Below are positions 12,260 to 23,877 of a stretch of DNA of 41,519 nt, piece after piece. Numbering within the stretch: the first letter of the stretch is position 1; each line of letters starts with the position of its first letter. This DNA comes from Octopus bimaculoides (lineage: Eukaryota). A program made the position numbers and the translations under genes. Below the pieces are notes generated by a model. It had not been told where the DNA came from. It did no database searches and saw only the letters and a list, made by a program, of their open reading frames with translations. The stretch is taken from assembly GCF_001194135.2 (NCBI RefSeq), contig NC_068982.1:179513815-179555333 (forward strand), read 5' to 3'.

Positions 12260-12620
12260 AACAAAAATGCTATAAAAATTGCCTATCTTTTACCCAAGAC
12301 AGTCTATCAACAACTTCATGACCTAATATGCCCTTCTTTGTTCGGTTTGGTATCTTAGATATATTTCGCAGCTACTTCTAGCAAGTGGGAGACCACATAG
12401 AAGGTCCGTCATTAATATTGCCAAGCTCTGTTGATGGTTGTTGCATATGATTTTTATCTGTGCAGTTACTACTAAATCATGAGGAAATATCACACAAATA
12501 TTTTTATGTTGAGTACTTTCTGTCATATTTCACACTATTCTTAATTTTGCAGCCCAACTCTTCTTCAAATGATTTACTAACAATGTGCAGAGCTATGAAA
12601 GAAACTGCAAACAAACACAA
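12260..12620 (+). mobile_element. Possible L1/Tx1-like LINE remnant (post-RT region)
   Basis: Fragments AYLLPKTVYQQLHDLIC, SKWET, INIAKLC*WL and KYF...QPNSSS loosely follow the post-RT pattern of L1/Tx1 ORF2. Very degraded. Confidence 0.25.
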
Positions 12621-13224
12621 AGAAAACCTGAAAGTTCTATCAACGCACATGTTATCAAATTGTCTTCTATTTGAAGACACAACCAGTAAAGATAGTTATT
12701 TAAAAGATGGGAAAAGCACGGCTATGAAACATTTTGTTTCTAATAACTCTACAGAAACTATCATGCTATTTGATCATTTCATATGGCACCATCAACAACT
12801 CCATCAACACCAAATCTATTACCTTTGCTTCTAGCTTTGTTCCTAATCCTGAACCATTCCTCTCCTTCTCCTAACACATTCACGAGAAGATATTTTTCTC
12901 TTAACTCCAACAAATCTACTGTCTCTGACAGGTTGCTAGCATTTACATTCATTTATCGTGTGTTGCAATCAAACTAGATTCGTATTCAAACTTTTCAAAC
13001 GTTTCCATAGGTATTTATCTTACAATGAGCAAACCTTCCACAATGTAATACAACGTTAGCAAATTCGTTCTGATCCCTAAATTTCTCTTCTCACGAGACG
13101 GTGATGAGAAAATTATCAGTGCATCTCGACATTATTTCTCCAACTGATGCATTTTCTTCTTTAACGTTGAATCAACAAATAAAATTGTTATGTATATAAT
13201 ACATCACTTAAACGATAGATATTT

Positions 13225-13504
13225 GGAAGATACGCATTCAGTTGCTGTTACATAAGTAGGAAGTATTCTTATGTGTGAGCGCGTATACATGTATGCATGT
13301 ATGTACGTATGGATGGATCTGTGTATGCATGAGTGTGTGTATATACTTGTCTACATGTATAAAAATGTATATAAGCATCTCTCTCTTTATATATACACAC
13401 ACATATATATACATACATATATTCACACACACAAGCACACAGACGGGGTATTTATGTAAATACCTATGTGTATATATATATATATATGTATGTATATATG
13501 TATA

Positions 13505-13545
<41 letters not shown>

Positions 13546-13778
13546 NNNNNNNNNNNNNNNNNNNNNNNNNNNNNNNNNNNNNNNNNNNNNNNNNNNNNNN
13601 NNNNNNNNNNNNNNNNNNNNNNNNNNNNNNNNNNNNNNNNNNNNNNNNNNNNNNNNNNNNNNNNNNNNNNNNNNNNNNNNNNNNNNNNNNNNNNNNNNNN
13701 NNNNNNNNNNNNNNNNNNNNNNNNNNNNNNNNNNNNNNNNNNNNNNNNNNNNNNNNNNNNNNNNNNNNNNNNNNNNNN

Positions 13779-13837
<59 letters not shown>

Positions 13838-13950
13838 AACATATACATAGAAGGTTAAAGAGAGAGAGTGCGATTATTTTCTCATCGTTCAAAGATACAT
13901 ACATGCCCATATATATATACACGTACACGCACGCACACGCACACACACGC
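13225..13950. repeat. TA/TG/CA-rich compound microsatellite region spanning a gap
   Basis: Direct reading. Confidence 0.9.
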
Positions 13951-14196
13951 ACTAAAAGTGTGCTTAGCGTTTTAAAATCAAATGGAAAGCGTATTTTAGC
14001 AGTAGATGATTTAGCAAAGAGCTTTGTTGTGCAAGATATAATCATGTTATTAATAGCTAACACTTTGGAATTGTTTAGGGAGTAACGCACCACACTAGCC
14101 TTCCATAACCCCCTTTAACCTTTCGAAATACATTTTTCTCCTCAAAATAAGGCTTTCCGAACAGTGACTTAGATTCAAAGATCCTACAGTTTGAGT

Positions 14197-14445
14197 TGTG
14201 AAGGCTTAGTGGTTATGGTACTCAGCTCGCAATCGCAAGGTCGTGAGGTCGACTCCAAGCGACGCGTCGTGACCTTGAGCATAGCATTTTATTCCACGTT
14301 GCTCGAGCCCACTGAGCTGGCAAATATGAGTTCTACCTGTAATTCAAAGGTCAAGCCTCGTCACATTCTCTGTTATGATTAATCTCCCTGAGAAGTTCAT
14401 TAAGGGTACGCGTGTCTATGGAGAGCTCAACTGGCTGTTTCGTTG
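14197..14445 (+). mobile_element. SINE related to family C (shared 3' body, different head)
   Basis: Head ggcttagtggttatgg...gtcgtgaggtcgactcc. Body acctgtaattcaaaggtcaagcctcgtcac...taagggtacgcgtgtctatgg matches gcctgtaattcaaagggtcagctttgtcac...taagggtacacgtgtctgt at 22394-22476. Confidence 0.75.
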
Positions 14446-14776
14446 TAATCGACAGAGAGCAAGAAGCTATGTCTTGCATTCAGTCCATAATAATTCTACA
14501 GCTTAACTTCTATTGTGAGATCATCAGTGAGTGTTATGCAAAATGATCTAAAGGGGAACAACTAGGAATTTCCAGACCACCAGAACTTGCATCGTGTCTT
14601 CTACACACATGTAGCGGTTCAGTTTATGGTCCCCCTGGTTATCTTAGATAAGCAGTTTAGTCGCAGAAAAGAATGAAATGGGTATCTTGTGGAGAGTTTG
14701 GACGTTAGACTATGTTTTAGAAAAGGTTGTTTGAGAAGAAAAAATATTTGGAAATATTAAATCAGCGAGGCATGTT

Positions 14777-15143
<367 letters not shown>

Positions 15144-15500
15144 AGGTTGAAAAGGGGATTAAGAATCCATGCTAAATAAAAGTTACAGGTAAAAAGTAAA
15201 AGTGGAAATAGCATGGACGGTATGTTTAAGGCTTCTTATTACTTCTTTTCCTTTATGTTTTATTTGTTACATTAACTGACAGTTTCAGTATGTGAGACCA
15301 TCTTATCAAATATTAAAAATTGAAAGTCAAGGATTAAAAAATAAGAAAAAAATTAGAAAATAAGAAAAAATTTGGAAATTAAAATAGTTTGTTCTCATAT
15401 TCTGTGCGTATTTAAGAACTTCTTTGACTACCTATCACTTCAAGTCCATTATTACTTATTCATGCTTACAAGATATTTTTGTAATCCTTCAAATATTATT

Positions 15501-15549
<49 letters not shown>

Positions 15550-15580
15550 AATGCATGTATATATATATATATATATATAT

Positions 15581-16329
15581 AGTGACAATTTACAAAAAAA
15601 AAACAAAAGACGAAGACGGGTGTGTAAACAACAAACAGATGTATTAGTTTAACGTTCGGGAACTGAGAAAGTCTTTTACGTTTCGAGCCTACGCTCTTCG
15701 ACAGAAAGGAATGCAGAAATAAACAGGGAGAGAAAATGGAAAAAGGTTTAGTGGTTAGCGATCTATCATGGCGAATGCCGGACAGAGGGGTTACACAGGA
15801 GAGCTAGGAAGAAGGGGAGATAATAATGTTGTGGTGATCCCAAAATGAAGGTGCGCGTGCGTATGTATGTGAGAGCGTGTATGTCCGTGTAGAAGGGGTC
15901 TGGTGACATTGACGTGTGAGAGTGTGCATGTGTAGGTGTGTGGATGATGGTGTAGGTGCTGGGAAGTGGTCAGTGCTAGTGTATGCGGAGTGTGGTGTGG
16001 TGGTGTGGTGTGGCGTGGTGGTGTGTGGTGTGGTGTGGTGGTGTTGGGGTGGGGGAGGCGAGAGTGGGGGAAGCAAGGGTGGGGTCTCGGGGATGAGATG
16101 GAGAGATATGGGATGTATAGGGATGGTGGAGTTGGAATGTGTAGTGCTGGGGTAACGAGGGAGGGGTGACAATGAAGGGAGAGGGTGGAAGGGAGAAAGG
16201 GGGTAGGAATGAAGAGAAGAAGTAGGTGCCAGGGCGAGAAAGGAGAGGTGGATGGGAGGAAGTATGTGTGAGAGGAATAGAGGAGAAGACGGGAGTCCGG
16301 ATGGCCTCTGTTCAAGGACAATCCAAACA
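15581..16329 (-). mobile_element. Penelope-like element 3' remnant (endonuclease C-terminal trace plus pyrimidine-rich 3' region with hammerhead motif)
   Basis: About 500 bp shared with 27490-27993 (ccccactctcgc...cactagcactgaccacttcccagcacc...ttttgtaaatt). The other copy carries a clear PLE RT peptide. FGLSLNRGHPDSRL resembles the GIY-YIG C-terminus. Flanked by (TA)n on both sides. Confidence 0.8.
15673..15708 (-). ncRNA. Minimal type-I hammerhead ribozyme motif, A6U core variant
   Basis: cttt-CUGUCGA-A-gagc(gtag)gctc-GAA-AC/GU-A-aaag: 4-bp stem I, 4-bp stem II, loopless stem III, GUA triplet. Confidence 0.65.
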
Positions 16330-16330
16330 C

Positions 16331-16437
<107 letters not shown>

Positions 16438-16602
16438 TATGTGTGTGTATGTGTCTGTGTGTACATATAAATGCTCTATTTTCTTTTTGTGTTCGCGTGT
16501 GTTGTGCACGTGTGTATGTTCTAATGTTTTTAAAACATTTCACTGAAGCAGAGCCGATTTTCGATTAAAGAACAAGGCTCTTGTCTGGAATTTAGACAAC
16601 GA

Positions 16603-17381
16603 TTAAGTATGTATGTTTGTATGTCTCTTCTGTATTTAAATTCTTCCTCTGAAGAAGGAGATGGTTTCTAACAGAGTAGAAACCAGCTCCTTCTTCAGAG
16701 AATGTAGATAACGAAAATAATATCACGTTTTAAACTTGAGAAAAGTCTTGCATAGTTTTACAGATTATATTTGTAATGTGTGAATCAGTTGGTTGGTTTC
16801 TGAAAATTCAAGCTTATCCAGACTGACAGTTAGGCATTTGCTTACAAAACCTAGTGCTCCAATTATTATTGATATGAATGTAAATTAGTAATCTGGATAT
16901 AGAAGCCGGAGGTTTCCCAGCAGTTGTCCAAAGTTATCTTTTTATTCTTTGATTTTCAATGAGATATTCACATCAGCAGGGCAGCTGACCTTTGTGACGG
17001 TACATATCTCTCCTTGTCTGTCAAACTATATCCGGCCTGTTATGTTTACACTTGATAGATGTTTTGATGGGAATGTTCCAGCAGTATTTCTTGTACTGGT
17101 ATTTGTATATTTATTCAATAACAGGGAGATTCTCCACATTTATTCCAGGACAGTCTTTTTTTTTTTTTTTGAATAGCATTGTATATTGTTTTTGTGACAA
17201 CGTCATGTCGCATAGGGAGGTAATGCATTGATGACATTTTTCAGCAGCTGCTAATCACATGTGAGATGTCTTCCACAGAAATATGACAATCTGCATTTGC
17301 GCTTGCATCTCGGAACTCCAAGAACTTCACTGTCTTTTTTGTTCATTAGATATTTAGTAGCAATCTCCTGTTCTTGGATTC
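16603..17381 (-). mobile_element. R4/Dong-like (restriction-like endonuclease) non-LTR retrotransposon 3' end, copy 1
   Basis: Degraded frames give IQEQEIATKYLM, a CRL..VEDISHVISSC zinc knuckle, HYLPMRHDVVTKTIYNAI, WNIPIKTSIKCKHNRPDIV, KVSCPADVNISLKIK, LRLLYPDY.F..IIIGALGFV and VKLCKTFLKFKT* (stop 16723-25). These are the CCHC and PD-(D/E)xK features of RLE LINEs. Confidence 0.85.
16647..16700. repeat. 24-bp hairpin (23/24 paired, 6-nt loop) in the 3' UTR of the RLE LINE
   Basis: ctctgaagaaggagatggtttcta-acagag-tagaaaccagctccttcttcagag. Confidence 0.9.
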
Positions 17382-17645
17382 TATGTATTATGTACGTATG
17401 TATATGTACGTATGTATATGTACGTGTGTATGTATGTATGCACGTTTTTTTGTATGTATGTTATGTAAGTATATATGTATGTTGTGCATGTTATATATAT
17501 TTGTATGCATGTATATATGTATATATTTATGCATGTATATATGTCTGCCTGTCTGTATGTAAGTATGCATGTGTGAGTGTGTGTAGGTATGCATGTATAT
17601 ATGTATCTACATGTGTGTGTCTGTATGTATGAATGCATGCATATA
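17382..17645. repeat. Degenerate (TATG)n microsatellite separating the two RLE LINE 3' ends
   Basis: Direct reading. Confidence 0.9.
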
Positions 17646-17649
17646 TACC

Positions 17650-18230
17650 TGAATTCAAGCATACATTCATGACTTGTGCGTTTGTAAAAGTATGTTTGTT
17701 CAAATGTATTTATTACGTGCTAAACTTCTAGAATGTTTTACATATTTTTACAATATCTTTAATGACTTGTAATGTCTTAACTAGTCATGTCCGTTCTGGT
17801 TTTACAGAAAACCAGCTTCTCAAGATTGAGTTTTAGTTAGTTACGTCCTTAAACACCCAATAATCAAACGTATTAATCTAAATTTATATCTACTGCAAGA
17901 AGATTATTTGTGAGTTTTTCATTTGTTCAGCATAGATATCTTCTTTTCTACTTCTATGCAGTTTTGCACTCAATTTCTTTCCTCTATCCCAGATCATTAT
18001 GCTTGACTTGCTCTCAGAATTTACTTAATGTTTGACAGGAACATTCCACCAGTATTGTTTCATATTAGTGGTGTGTACCTTCTTTTATTTTGATCTTCAG
18101 AACTATCCTTTCTGCAGATTATATTGTATAACAGTTTGGCCGTGGCATCATTCCTCATAAATAGATATATCGAGAATAGCATTTCTGGATAGCTGTTTAT
18201 ACTGTATTTATTAACATTATAATGGCGGTA
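17650..18230 (-). mobile_element. R4/Dong-like RLE non-LTR retrotransposon 3' end, copy 2
   Basis: INSYPEMLFSIYLFMRNDATAKLLYNIICRKD, QYWWNVPVK, NLEKL, IVKICKTF*KFST* (stop 17713-15); parallels copy 1. Confidence 0.75.
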
Positions 18231-18479
18231 TGTATGTTCTCTTTCTCTTTGTAATTTATAATAAATTTTGGCCGGCTACGTGATTGGTAGCGAGGTTATG
18301 AAGGCATATTTGTTTTCCATTTTTAAATCTTAAGTTATTGCAGTTTTTTATAGTTCTAGATATCGTGATTATTTTTAGTGTACGAATTAAGGAGTCGCGT
18401 TCTCTTCCCAAGAACCCAAGTTCAAGCATTCTTTGCTCTAGACGGGTTGACAAGTATACTGTTGCTTCAATAATAATAG

Positions 18480-18508
18480 GTATGCATGCATGTATAAATA
18501 TACATACA

Positions 18509-18567
<59 letters not shown>

Positions 18568-18582
18568 TATGTGTATGAGTAA

Positions 18583-18618
<36 letters not shown>

Positions 18619-18636
18619 ACAGAGAGATAGATAGAT
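18480..18636. repeat. (TA)n plus (GATA)n microsatellite
   Basis: Direct reading. Confidence 0.95.
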
Positions 18637-19774
18637 CTACGAGTATTGAAACCCCACACGCATATACCTAAAACGAAATCAGCTTCACGAAGTCCACGAA
18701 AAATTCTACCATGTTCGGTGAATAGTGTCGATTCTGTCACTATAGTACTAATTTGCTGTTTAGTTTGTTAAATGTAATAAATATGAATTTTACACATGCA
18801 TATAGTGATATTCTTCTGAAAAGGTTCGTTACAAGCTAATGATCATACCTTCAACCACGTAACTTTATAGATGTAAATAGTTATTTTTTGCATCAACTTG
18901 TGTAGAAATACATTAAGTTGATAGAGAAAGTTACACAAATGTATAGAAATTAGATAGTCGTAATTGATCGAAAATAAATCTGAAAGGAAAACGTGTATAC
19001 TTAGAACGCTGAAACATTTAAAATTAGACAATCAAATAAATAAACGTGCTTAAATGAATCTGTTGTCTCAACTAGAACTACTATAAATACTAATAAGCCA
19101 ATAACAGTCAGTTGTCTGTTATACATGAGAACTACTAAAATTTCTCTCGGCTATACATACCTAATTATAATATTCTTTGATGTAACCAGTAATCCTAATA
19201 AAAATTCGTCTACCGAATATATAAAACGATTCAATATTTGAATGTGCATGTGTGTTTGATTAAATACACGACTTAAAAACATGTTACGCCTTTTGATGTT
19301 GATTCGCTCACAATTTCTAAAGGCTCGTTTGGTTAAAGGTGAAAAAGTTGGAGAATGTATCAAGGCCTGTCTGTTTTGTGTATGCATATAGTATAGTCAT
19401 GTTTACATATCCTCAACTGTATGAATATACATACAGGCAAACAAACATACATACATACATACATACACACACACACCAATTTATATGGTCATATGTGTAG
19501 TTAAAAATGTGTTATCTACATGGATATGAACGTAATTCTATGCTGATGTAATGATCAAATACTGCAAAAAAAAAAAAATTAATTCGTGATGGAACTTTTT
19601 ATCCTAAAAAACTTTTGAAATTTCGCATAAATTATTTAAAACTCTGAGTTTTCCACCGTTGACAGAAAATAATACGTTATGTTGAATTTCTGGTCGTGAA
19701 ATGTGTTTACTATACTCATACTGTGTTTTTCTTGACTCTACACATTTCTGCTTGTACTTGTGTATAATAAATAT

Positions 19775-20020
19775 ATGTATGTATGAACGCATGGAAACGC
19801 GCGCGCGCGCACGCACACGCACATATATATATATATATATATATATGTAGATAGATAGATGGATAGATATATACATACATACACACATACATACATACAT
19901 ATATACATACATACATACATAATACATACATACATGTGTGTTTGTGTGCATACATACATAAATACATATATCCATCAACACATACGCGCACACATACACA
20001 CACACAGGCACACATATATA
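19775..20020. repeat. Compound (CG)/(CA)/(TA)/(GATA)/(ATAC)n microsatellite
   Basis: Direct reading. Confidence 0.9.
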
Positions 20021-20239
20021 TGGTTAAGCGGTTGGCTGGCTGCCTGGCTTGTTGGCTTGACAGGTGGATGCTTGTGAAGTCAAAGAAATGTTCACTCTAT
20101 ATAACGAATATGTTATCAATTTATGCAATTTTCCATTGAAAATAAGCAGCTAATCCATATCACTAATAGCTTCAAGACATTCAAAGTCATTTGAAGTGGT
20201 TCATCTCATTATCATCAGACTACTTACATCGTATACCAT

Positions 20240-20291
20240 ATATATATATACGTATGTATGTTGTATGTATGTATATATGTATGTATGTATG

Positions 20292-20325
<34 letters not shown>

Positions 20326-20870
20326 TGTATGCACGCATGTATGTTTATATGTGAATGAGACTTGTACAGGCAGAAACACGTTCCCACGTCTGTCCTCTTA
20401 TCTCCAGATAAAAGTCTGTCCTTTTGTTTAAAGCATTTCAGTGTTTGAAATCATGTCCCCTTCAAGATGGTATTGCTCTACAATGACATTTCCTCATCCA
20501 CAGGAGACAGAGATAGTTTTAATAAAGCAAGAATTAATGTATATATGTATGTATATATGTATGAATGTATGTATGTATGTATGTATGTATGTACTATGTG
20601 TGCGTGTATGTATGTATTCTGCATATTCATGGGTTTTTTGTGTATATTTGTGCGTGTGTGTATTTGTGTGTGTACCTCTGCCTCCTTGTGTGTGCGTGTT
20701 CAAGTGTGTGCATGTATGGTCATGTGTTTCCGTCTCCTTTTCTGTGTGTGTGTATATGTGTGTGCATGCGTGTGTGTGTGTGTGTGTATGTGTGTGCATG
20801 TGTGTGTGTGTGTGTGTGTGTGTGTGCTTGTCTGTCTGTATTACCTATGTACTTATCTACTTACCTATGT
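20240..20870. repeat. (TATG)n and (TG)n tracts
   Basis: Direct reading; tracts at about 20240-20350 and 20536-20870. Confidence 0.85.
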
Positions 20871-21206
20871 NNNNNNNNNNNNNNNNNNNNNNNNNNNNNN
20901 NNNNNNNNNNNNNNNNNNNNNNNNNNNNNNNNNNNNNNNNNNNNNNNNNNNNNNNNNNNNNNNNNNNNNNNNNNNNNNNNNNNNNNNNNNNNNNNNNNNN
21001 NNNNNNNNNNNNNNNNNNNNNNNNNNNNNNNNNNNNNNNNNNNNNNNNNNNNNNNNNNNNNNNNNNNNNNNNNNNNNNNNNNNNNNNNNNNNNNNNNNNN
21101 NNNNNNNNNNNNNNNNNNNNNNNNNNNNNNNNNNNNNNNNNNNNNNNNNNNNNNNNNNNNNNNNNNNNNNNNNNNNNNNNNNNNNNNNNNNNNGCACTAT
21201 ATATTT

Positions 21207-21324
21207 GTGATCAGAGACGTTCGTAAATGGAGGTACTACTGTATTAAATGAATATGTGAAAGACAAAAGATAAAGGACGATTTATTCGTGATCAGAGGTG
21301 TTCGAAAACCGAGGTACTACTGTA
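21207..21324. mobile_element. Two tandem right-end TIRs of a pogo/Tigger-like DNA transposon or MITE
   Basis: 35-bp direct repeats at 21207-21241 and 21288-21322 (30/35 identical), each ending actg followed by TA. Reverse complement TA-cagtagtacctcggttttcgaac is Tigger-like. Confidence 0.6.
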
Positions 21325-21809
21325 TGTGTATATATATATATATATATCAAGAATTTGATATTAACCAACCACTTGGGTCATCCCAGGAACAGCTGTAAGA
21401 CTTCAAATTCACCTTACCCTAATTAAATTATTCTAAATGACTTGAGATACTCGTTCTGCCTCGGTTTTGATTTTGCCTCTAATATATATATATGAGATCA
21501 CAGTCCGTATTCCTGAGATGATTACGGTGTAGTCCGTAGTATCCGTGGGCATCTTACATTATCCTACATTATATTGGCGCAGCTCGATGCAACACCCAAA
21601 AAACTGGTTCGCCTGTCGATATCATTAGACTGTGGCCAGCATAATGGGAGCTTTATTTGCATTGCATACTCAAAACGTTTCCTGTAGACAAATTTAAAAG
21701 ATGTGTGTGTGTGTGTGTGTGTGTGTGTGTTGTATTGTCTGAATATCTGCTTTGAAATTAGCTCTTTGTTATAATGCTATTTGCTTACTCTTACGTTTTT
21801 ACTTGTAAG

Positions 21810-22100
21810 AATTAACTGGGAGATTGCAAGGCAGCGCTTATAGTTTTCACGCTGTTGACACCGTCGGAACGAATGGTACTGCCCAGGTATCGAAAGCATA
21901 GTGATATCGGTCTGGAAAGCTGATGACGGGAACGCAGATATGTTATGCTCGATTGTAAACTTCTCATGGCATAGCCTCGTTGTTCTGGGTCATGCTTCAT
22001 TCTTGTAAAGTGGAAAGAGTTTGTGACTTAACGGTTTGTGAGGATCGCTTACTTCGATATTGTTTGGTTTTCTTCATACGTAACTTAATTAGGCCTTGGA
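21810..22100 (-). mobile_element. Degraded RTE-like LINE RT fragment
   Basis: CFRYLGSTIRSDG matches the F.YLGS.I..DG RT motif; upstream bases are frameshifted. Confidence 0.55.
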
Positions 22101-22193
22101 CAAGCCTTATACAAAGGTGTCTAGTTTTGGGATATTCAGTGGCATATATGTGTGTGTGTATGAATGTATATATATATATATATATATATAATG

Positions 22194-22476
22194 TGGAGGC
22201 GCAATGGCCCAGTAGTTAGGGCAGCGGGCTCGCGGTCATAGGATCGCGGTTTCGATTCCCAGACCGGGCGTTGTGAATGTTTATTGAGCGAAAACACCTA
22301 AAGCACCACGAGGCTCCGGCAGGGGATGGTGGCGAACCCTGCTGTACTCTTCCACCACAACTTTCTCTCACTCTTACTTCCTGTTTCTATTGTGCCTGTA
22401 ATTCAAAGGGTCAGCTTTGTCACACTGTGTCACGCTGAATATCCCCGAGAACTACGTTAAGGGTACACGTGTCTGT
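22194..22476 (+). mobile_element. SINE family C (tRNA-derived), running into gap
   Basis: A-box-like tggcccagtag (22205-15) and B-box-like ggtttcgattccc (22248-60). Head shared with 8445-8604 and body with 14197-14445. Directly preceded by (TA)n. Confidence 0.92.
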
Positions 22477-23102
22477 NNNNNNNNNNNNNNNNNNNNNNNN
22501 NNNNNNNNNNNNNNNNNNNNNNNNNNNNNNNNNNNNNNNNNNNNNNNNNNNNNNNNNNNNNNNNNNNNNNNNNNNNNNNNNNNNNNNNNNNNNNNNNNNN
22601 NNNNNNNNNNNNNNNNNNNNNNNNNNNNNNNNNNNNNNNNNNNNNNNNNNNNNNNNNNNNNNNNNNNNNNNNNNNNNNNNNNNNNNNNNNNNNNNNNNNN
22701 NNNNNNNNNNNNNNNNNNNNNNNNNNNNNNNNNNNNNNNNNNNNNNNNNNNNNNNNNNNNNNNNNNNNNNNNNNNNNNNNNNNNNNNNNNNNNNNNNNNN
22801 NNNNNNNNNNNNNNNNNNNNNNNNNNNNNNNNNNNNNNNNNNNNNNNNNNNNNNNNNNNNNNNNNNNNNNNNNNNNNNNNNNNNNNNNNNNNNNNNNNNN
22901 NNNNNNNNNNNNNNNNNNNNNNNNNNNNNNNNNNNNNNNNNNNNNNNNNNNNNNNNNNNNNNNNNNNNNNNNNNNNNNNNNNNNNNNNNNNNNNNNNNNN
23001 NNNNNNNNNNNNNNNNNNNNNNNNNNNNNNNNNNNNNNNNNNNNNNNNNNNNNNNNNNNNNNNNNNNNNNNNNNNNNNNNNNNNNNNNNNNNNNNNNNNN
23101 NN

Positions 23103-23190
23103 ACTCTGAGTTTCACGTTCCCGTTCATCGGACAGTTTTGTTAGATTTCTAACAAAACTGTCCGATGAACGGGAACGTGAAACTCAGAGT
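23103..23190. repeat. Perfect 42-bp inverted repeat with 4-nt loop
   Basis: actctgagtttcacgttcccgttcatcggacagttttgttag-attt-ctaacaaaactgtccgatgaacgggaacgtgaaactcagagt. Confidence 0.95.
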
Positions 23191-23196
23191 AACAGT
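23157..23196 (+). ncRNA. Type-I hammerhead ribozyme motif, U4C core variant
   Basis: actgt-CCGAUGA-acg(ggaa)cgt-GAA-ACUC(a)GAGU-A-acagt: 5-bp stem I, 3-bp stem II with GNRA loop, stem III and GUA triplet all in register. Confidence 0.75.
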
Positions 23197-23233
23197 CTTT
23201 TGTTATATTTTTGCTGCTTTTAAATAAAGTATA

Positions 23234-23269
<36 letters not shown>

Positions 23270-23619
23270 TGTATGTATGTGTATGTGTGTGTGTATGTAT
23301 GTATCCCTATAACAGTGTACGGTGTAAGGTCCTTGATGGTAGAGTCCGAGAAGTATAAAGTTCCAGTGGTAATCCGGATGGAGTGGTGGTAAAGTAGTAC
23401 AGGTGAGGTGGCAAAACTCAGAGAAGCAAGTAGAAATGAGATAAGAGTCCGAAAGGGAAGAAAGTTTAGTTAAGCAGGATCAAACTAGGGCGATCACGTG
23501 ATCTTAATATTATACAAAAAGGAAAAAAGTTAAAACAGAAACAGGTGAGGGAATAACAAAGTTATTAGTTTGCCGCTATTAAGAAAAAAAGAAACATTCC
23601 TAGATTAACGGTTGCACAT

Positions 23620-23770
23620 GTTAAATGTTTCCTCTCCATTTTTTTCCTCTCTCTCTCTCTCCTCCCGTTTTCTCTCCTCATTCCTTTCTGAAGAGCTTAG
23701 GATCAAAAGGTTAATTTTCTTCCATTTTCCTTAGCTCTTTTCTCTGCAGTCGCTGTCTTTTACTTTTTGT
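23620..23770 (+). mobile_element. Heavily decayed third copy of the PLE 3' end
   Basis: ctcattcctttctgaagagcttaggatcaaaagg resembles gttcctttctgttgaagagcgtaggctcgaaacg (27855-88) with a 3-nt deletion. Confidence 0.5.
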
Positions 23771-23804
23771 CTTTGTATGACTTTGGACTACGTGTGTGTG
23801 TATA

Positions 23805-23867
<63 letters not shown>

Positions 23868-23877
23868 GCGCACGCAC

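Noticed and set aside
12460-12834. 124-aa ORF as a host exon
   Set aside because: No recognisable homology; surrounding frames hint at a decayed LINE instead.
17795-17830. ctggtttt-acag-aaaaccag hairpin as a second copy of the 16647 hairpin
   Set aside because: Lies inside the LINE coding remnant (NLEKL region) on the minus strand; probably coincidental.
19641-19665. actctgagttttccaccgttgacag as an intact antisense copy of the U4C hammerhead
   Set aside because: Similar ends but the core is deleted; at best a decayed relative and too short to call.
21920-21945. ctgatgacgggaacg resembling the U4C hammerhead 5' half
   Set aside because: No GAAA or stems I and III follow; it lies within an RT remnant.
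22194-22270. Functional tRNA gene (also the heads at 5686, 8604, 14197, 39602)
   Set aside because: A and B boxes are present, but the sequence continues into SINE body shared among copies and I could not build a complete cloverleaf.
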